Assembly (NCBI GenBank): GCA_025966005.1
Contig: JAOPVV010000331.1
Coordinates: forward strand, 1 to 39,452
Origin: Frankiales bacterium
GTDB lineage: Bacteria > Actinomycetota > Actinomycetes > Mycobacteriales > SCTD01
DNA: 39,452 nucleotides
Direction: 5' to 3'
In this document: positions 36,696 to 39,452 of the stretch, one piece after another
Position numbering within the stretch: position 1 is the first letter of the stretch
How the letters are laid out: the number at the start of each line of letters is the position of its first letter
The notes under the pieces: generated by a model
What the model saw: only the letters and a program-made list of their open reading frames with translations
The model's database searches: none
Told to the model about the DNA's origin: nothing
Position numbers and translations under genes: made by a program

Positions 36696-38708
36696 CTAGG
36701 CGCCGGCGGCAGCCAGCTTGGCGATGCCGGCCGTCGCGATGGGTTGGGCCGGGTCGAGCGCGAGCGCGGCGTCGTACGCCTCGCGGGCTCCGGAGTCGTC
36801 CCCGAGGACGGCCCGGGCGTCACCCAGGGAGGCCAGCACCCGGGCCGACCGGGGCAGGCGCTCGCGGGCCGACTCGAGCAGGCGCAGCGCGTCGTCGGCG
36901 CCGCCGTGCCGCAGCTCGAACTGCGCGACGGGCTCCAGCGTCTCGTCGTTGTACGGGTCGAGCTCGGCAGCTCGGCGGTAGAAGTTCCGGGCCTGCTCGA
37001 GGTCGCCGCGCTCCTCCGCGAGCGCAGCCGCCGCCTTGATCGCGTTGACCTCGTACGGGTCGACCTCGACGGCACGCTCGTAGGACGCTGCCGCCAGCGC
37101 GGGCCGCCGGGGCTCCACCGTCTGGAACAGGTTGCCTTCCAGGATCGCGTAGTACGCCTGGCCCGGGACGAGGTCGCGGGCCTTCTCGTACTGCGCAAGC
37201 GCGGTCGTGCCGTCACCGGTGCCGAGCGCGTCGGCGGCCGCCTTGACCGCCCGGTTGGCCCGCAGCGGGTCGAAGGACTGGTAGGCGGCGAACAAGGCGA
37301 CGACGCCCACGACCGAGAGCACCACGGCATCGGCGCCCGACAGGGACCGCCGGCGGGGTGCTGCTACCGCAGCCCGCCGCTTGGCGCGCGCGTCGTTCGG
37401 GTGGACGGGGACCGGGACGAGCGCCCCGGGGAGGCGGAACTTGCGCAGGCCCGACGACCCGGAGGCAGCGATGACGCCGCCGGCAAGGGCGAAGTGCAGG
37501 ACGATCAGCGGCACCTGGTCGATGGAGACGAAGGACTGCACCTGGTAGGCGAGCCAGCCGCCGCCGACCGCAGCCAGGAGCATCCGGTCGTCGCCGCGCA
37601 GCCGGACCAGACCGCGGATGAGCGCGACGCCCGTGACGACGAGGAAGGCTGCGTAGGCCAGGCCCAACACCGACCCGCCCTGGGCGAGCATCTGCAGCGG
37701 CACGCTGTGGGCTGCGTCCGAGTAGCTGGGGCCGCCGAGGAAGTCCACCGACGCGGTCGACCGCTCGGAGCGCCAGAAGTTGCCGTACTGGTCCAGCCCG
37801 ACGCCGAGCAGCGGCTTGTCCGAGAACATCGCCAGCGCGGCGTCCCAGTAGTAGACCCGCGCCTTGGAGCCGTTGTCGCTGAAGATGCCCGCGGCCGGGC
37901 CCACCTTGGCGATCGCGCCGGCAAGCAGCCCGGCGACTGCCAGGACGATGCCGGTAGAGACAACCGTCAACCCCACCTTGAGGCGGGTGCCCGACTGGTT
38001 GAGCATCCAGGCCAGCCCGACCACGGAGAGGCCGCCGGCAGCGGCGATGGGGCCCTGGACGGAGCTGGAGAGCGCGGCCGTGATGAGGCACAGCAGCGCG
38101 GTCAGACCGCACGCCGCTCGCCACCCGGCGGCCCAGCCGCGCCAGAGCGCGCCGCCGGCCCCGACGGAGGCGGCGATGCCGAGGTAGCCGGACGCGAAGT
38201 TCGGGTTCCCGAGCGCCGCGATGACCGGGTTGAACGGGTTGTTCCACGGGATGGAGTCGTAGCCCGCCTTCTGCAGCAGGCCGTAGGTGGCGGTGAACAG
38301 CCCCGCGGCGACCACGCCGCCCACCAGCACCCGCGCCCCCGGCCGGTCGAAGACCCGTAGACCGACCACGAACAGGACGATCGCCCCGAGGTAGGCCAGC
38401 AGTCCGGAGTTGCGGCCGTACGCGCCCAGTACCGCGGTGTTCGTCACCGGGGCCGTGAGCGTCGCCACCACGAGAGCGACAGCCAGTGCCAGGGCGACGA
38501 CGCCGCCGGCCGACACCGGCAGGCTCAGTACCCGGTCGCGGAGCACCCGGACGGTCGTCGTGACCAGAAGCGCCACCGTCACCAGGAGCAGCGCCGTGAG
38601 CTTGACGACGTTCACCGGGTCGAACGTGCTGGGCGTGAACAGGACGCAGGTGAGGACGACGGCCGCGGCCACGAGGTAGCGGTCGACGTCGAGGGCGCGG
38701 GAGGACAC
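36696..38708 (-). CDS. O-antigen ligase/O-oligosaccharyltransferase family (Wzy_C) protein with C-terminal TPR repeats
   Basis: ~12 TMs, LGNPNF, ARVYYW...PLLGVG...AAHSVPLQ (conserved Arg/His), then TPR-like YEKARDLVP / YERAVEVDP / YRRAAELDP / YDAALALDP. TAGCCT-N6-GTG start. Confidence 0.88.
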   Translation of the reverse strand: MSSRALDVDRYLVAAAVVLTCVLFTPSTFDPVNVVKLTALLLVTVALLVTTTVRVLRDRVLSLPVSAGGVVALALAVALVVATLTAPVTNTAVLGAYGRNSGLLAYLGAIVLFVVGLRVFDRPGARVLVGGVVAAGLFTATYGLLQKAGYDSIPWNNPFNPVIAALGNPNFASGYLGIAASVGAGGALWRGWAAGWRAACGLTALLCLITAALSSSVQGPIAAAGGLSVVGLAWMLNQSGTRLKVGLTVVSTGIVLAVAGLLAGAIAKVGPAAGIFSDNGSKARVYYWDAALAMFSDKPLLGVGLDQYGNFWRSERSTASVDFLGGPSYSDAAHSVPLQMLAQGGSVLGLAYAAFLVVTGVALIRGLVRLRGDDRMLLAAVGGGWLAYQVQSFVSIDQVPLIVLHFALAGGVIAASGSSGLRKFRLPGALVPVPVHPNDARAKRRAAVAAPRRRSLSGADAVVLSVVGVVALFAAYQSFDPLRANRAVKAAADALGTGDGTTALAQYEKARDLVPGQAYYAILEGNLFQTVEPRRPALAAASYERAVEVDPYEVNAIKAAAALAEERGDLEQARNFYRRAAELDPYNDETLEPVAQFELRHGGADDALRLLESARERLPRSARVLASLGDARAVLGDDSGAREAYDAALALDPAQPIATAGIAKLAAAGA

Positions 38709-39106
38709 GCGGACAGGCTACGGACCCGGCCGCGACCCGGGGCGCGCAAGGGGGACGGCCAGATGGCGCAACCTCGTACCACCCTCAGGCCCGTCGCGTG
38801 ACCGCCGACACAACCGGTGCACTACGTTTCGCGAGCCACCTGAGGGGCTGCTGTGTCCGCTGATACGTCGGTTGCGTGGAGAAGTATCTACGCAGCGGAC
38901 GACCGACGGGTTTCAGCGTCGTCTTGTGGGGTGGTGGTGACCCCGGTCATCACCAGTTCGGCACGACTTCGACGCTTCCACGTCGAGGACACGCTGATCA
39001 GGTGCCCTCAGCAGGGCGAGCTCGAAGTGGGAGACCAGGGCCAACGGCCCCGGCTCCCGAACCGTCCCCAGAGATGCGGACGGTGACTGTCATGAAAGGA
39101 CAGTGC
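38709..39106 (+). promoter_or_regulatory. Divergent promoter region with long, hairpin-rich putative 5' leader
   Basis: 398-nt non-coding gap with candidate -10 TACGTT at 38823-38828; stems at 38898-38923, 38932-38955, 38969-38986 and ~39029-39058; SD AAAGGA at 39095-39100. Confidence 0.45.
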
Positions 39107-39452
39107 ATGTCTCGTAACACCCAGGCGCTCAAGCGCCTCGGCGTGCCGAGCCTGGCTGCCATCACCCTCGTCGGCGGGCTTCCGCTGTTCATGGGTACGG
39201 CACAGGCCGCGCACGTTGCTGCACCGCTGACCTCGGAGCTGGACAACAGCTCCGTCGCTGCCGGCGCCTGCGAGCCGTTCCTGGTCTCGCTTCCCCCGAC
39301 CGGTACCCAGACGACTGTCGGTGAGGACGTGAACGTCGTCCTGACGTCGACGGGCAACTCCGCAACCTTCAACGCCAGCTTCTGCACGCTGCCCCTCACG
39401 ACGGGCGGGGACACGTTCACGCCTGTCGCCGGTGTTGTGGTGCGCAACGGTG
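39107..39452 (+). CDS. Secreted Ser/Thr/Val-rich surface protein, 3'-truncated (not in ORF track)
   Basis: ATG 39107 after AAAGGA; MSRNTQALKRLGVPSLAAITLVGGLPLFMGTAQA|AHVAAPLTSELDNSSVAAGACEPFLVSLPPTGTQTTVGEDVNVVLTSTGNSATFNASFCTLP..., open to the window end; AQA signal peptidase site. Confidence 0.85.
   Translation, partial: MSRNTQALKRLGVPSLAAITLVGGLPLFMGTAQAAHVAAPLTSELDNSSVAAGACEPFLVSLPPTGTQTTVGEDVNVVLTSTGNSATFNASFCTLPLTTGGDTFTPVAGVVVRNG

Noticed and set aside
1756-38360. Many long alternative-frame and antisense ORFs in the track (e.g. 1756-4206, 7283-10099, 14276-17011, 16389-19370, 26805-29006, 35868-38360)
   Set aside because: They are Arg/Pro/Gly-rich or codon-aligned shadows of well-supported genes, which is expected at this GC content, and show no motifs of their own.
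38880-39090. c-di-AMP (ydaO) or c-di-GMP riboswitch upstream of the secreted protein
   Set aside because: Only a partial CCCGAACCGTC resemblance is present and the other conserved blocks were not found; kept as an unassigned structured leader.
1-39452. tRNA/rRNA genes, prophage or integrase
   Set aside because: No recognisable signatures, and the intergenic gaps are short and otherwise explained; not confirmed by a covariance-model search.

Overview
High-GC actinobacterial chromosome segment; the lineage is inferred from gene types, GC and TANNNT-N5-8-start promoters. The left part (1-16.9 kb) holds the 3' end of a chemosensory operon (CheA-CheW-REC hybrid, REC-GAF regulator), a VanW-family protein, a frameshifted AbiEi/DUF559-like nuclease gene bracketed by ~45-bp inverted palindromic repeats (a third copy lies between dapC and dapD), cysS, a secreted DUF4394/Calx-beta protein, a SirB1-like gene, and fdxA-dapC-dapD-VOC-dapE-helicase. 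The right part (17-39.4 kb) has a membrane-tethered ECF sigma factor facing a ~20-kb surface-glycan locus. That locus encodes a MraY/WecA-type initiator, cupin, epimerase, several GT4s including two WbdA-like proteins, a GT2 with two GT-C proteins, a FkbM/coiled-coil protein, wzm/wzt, two gmd paralogs and an O-antigen-ligase-TPR protein. It ends with a divergent secreted Ser/Thr-rich protein that is absent from the ORF track. The best novelty candidates are the repeat-flanked nuclease element and a putative S-layer-type protein O-glycosylation system with its own membrane-anchored sigma factor. All assignments are by eye from motifs; no searches were run.
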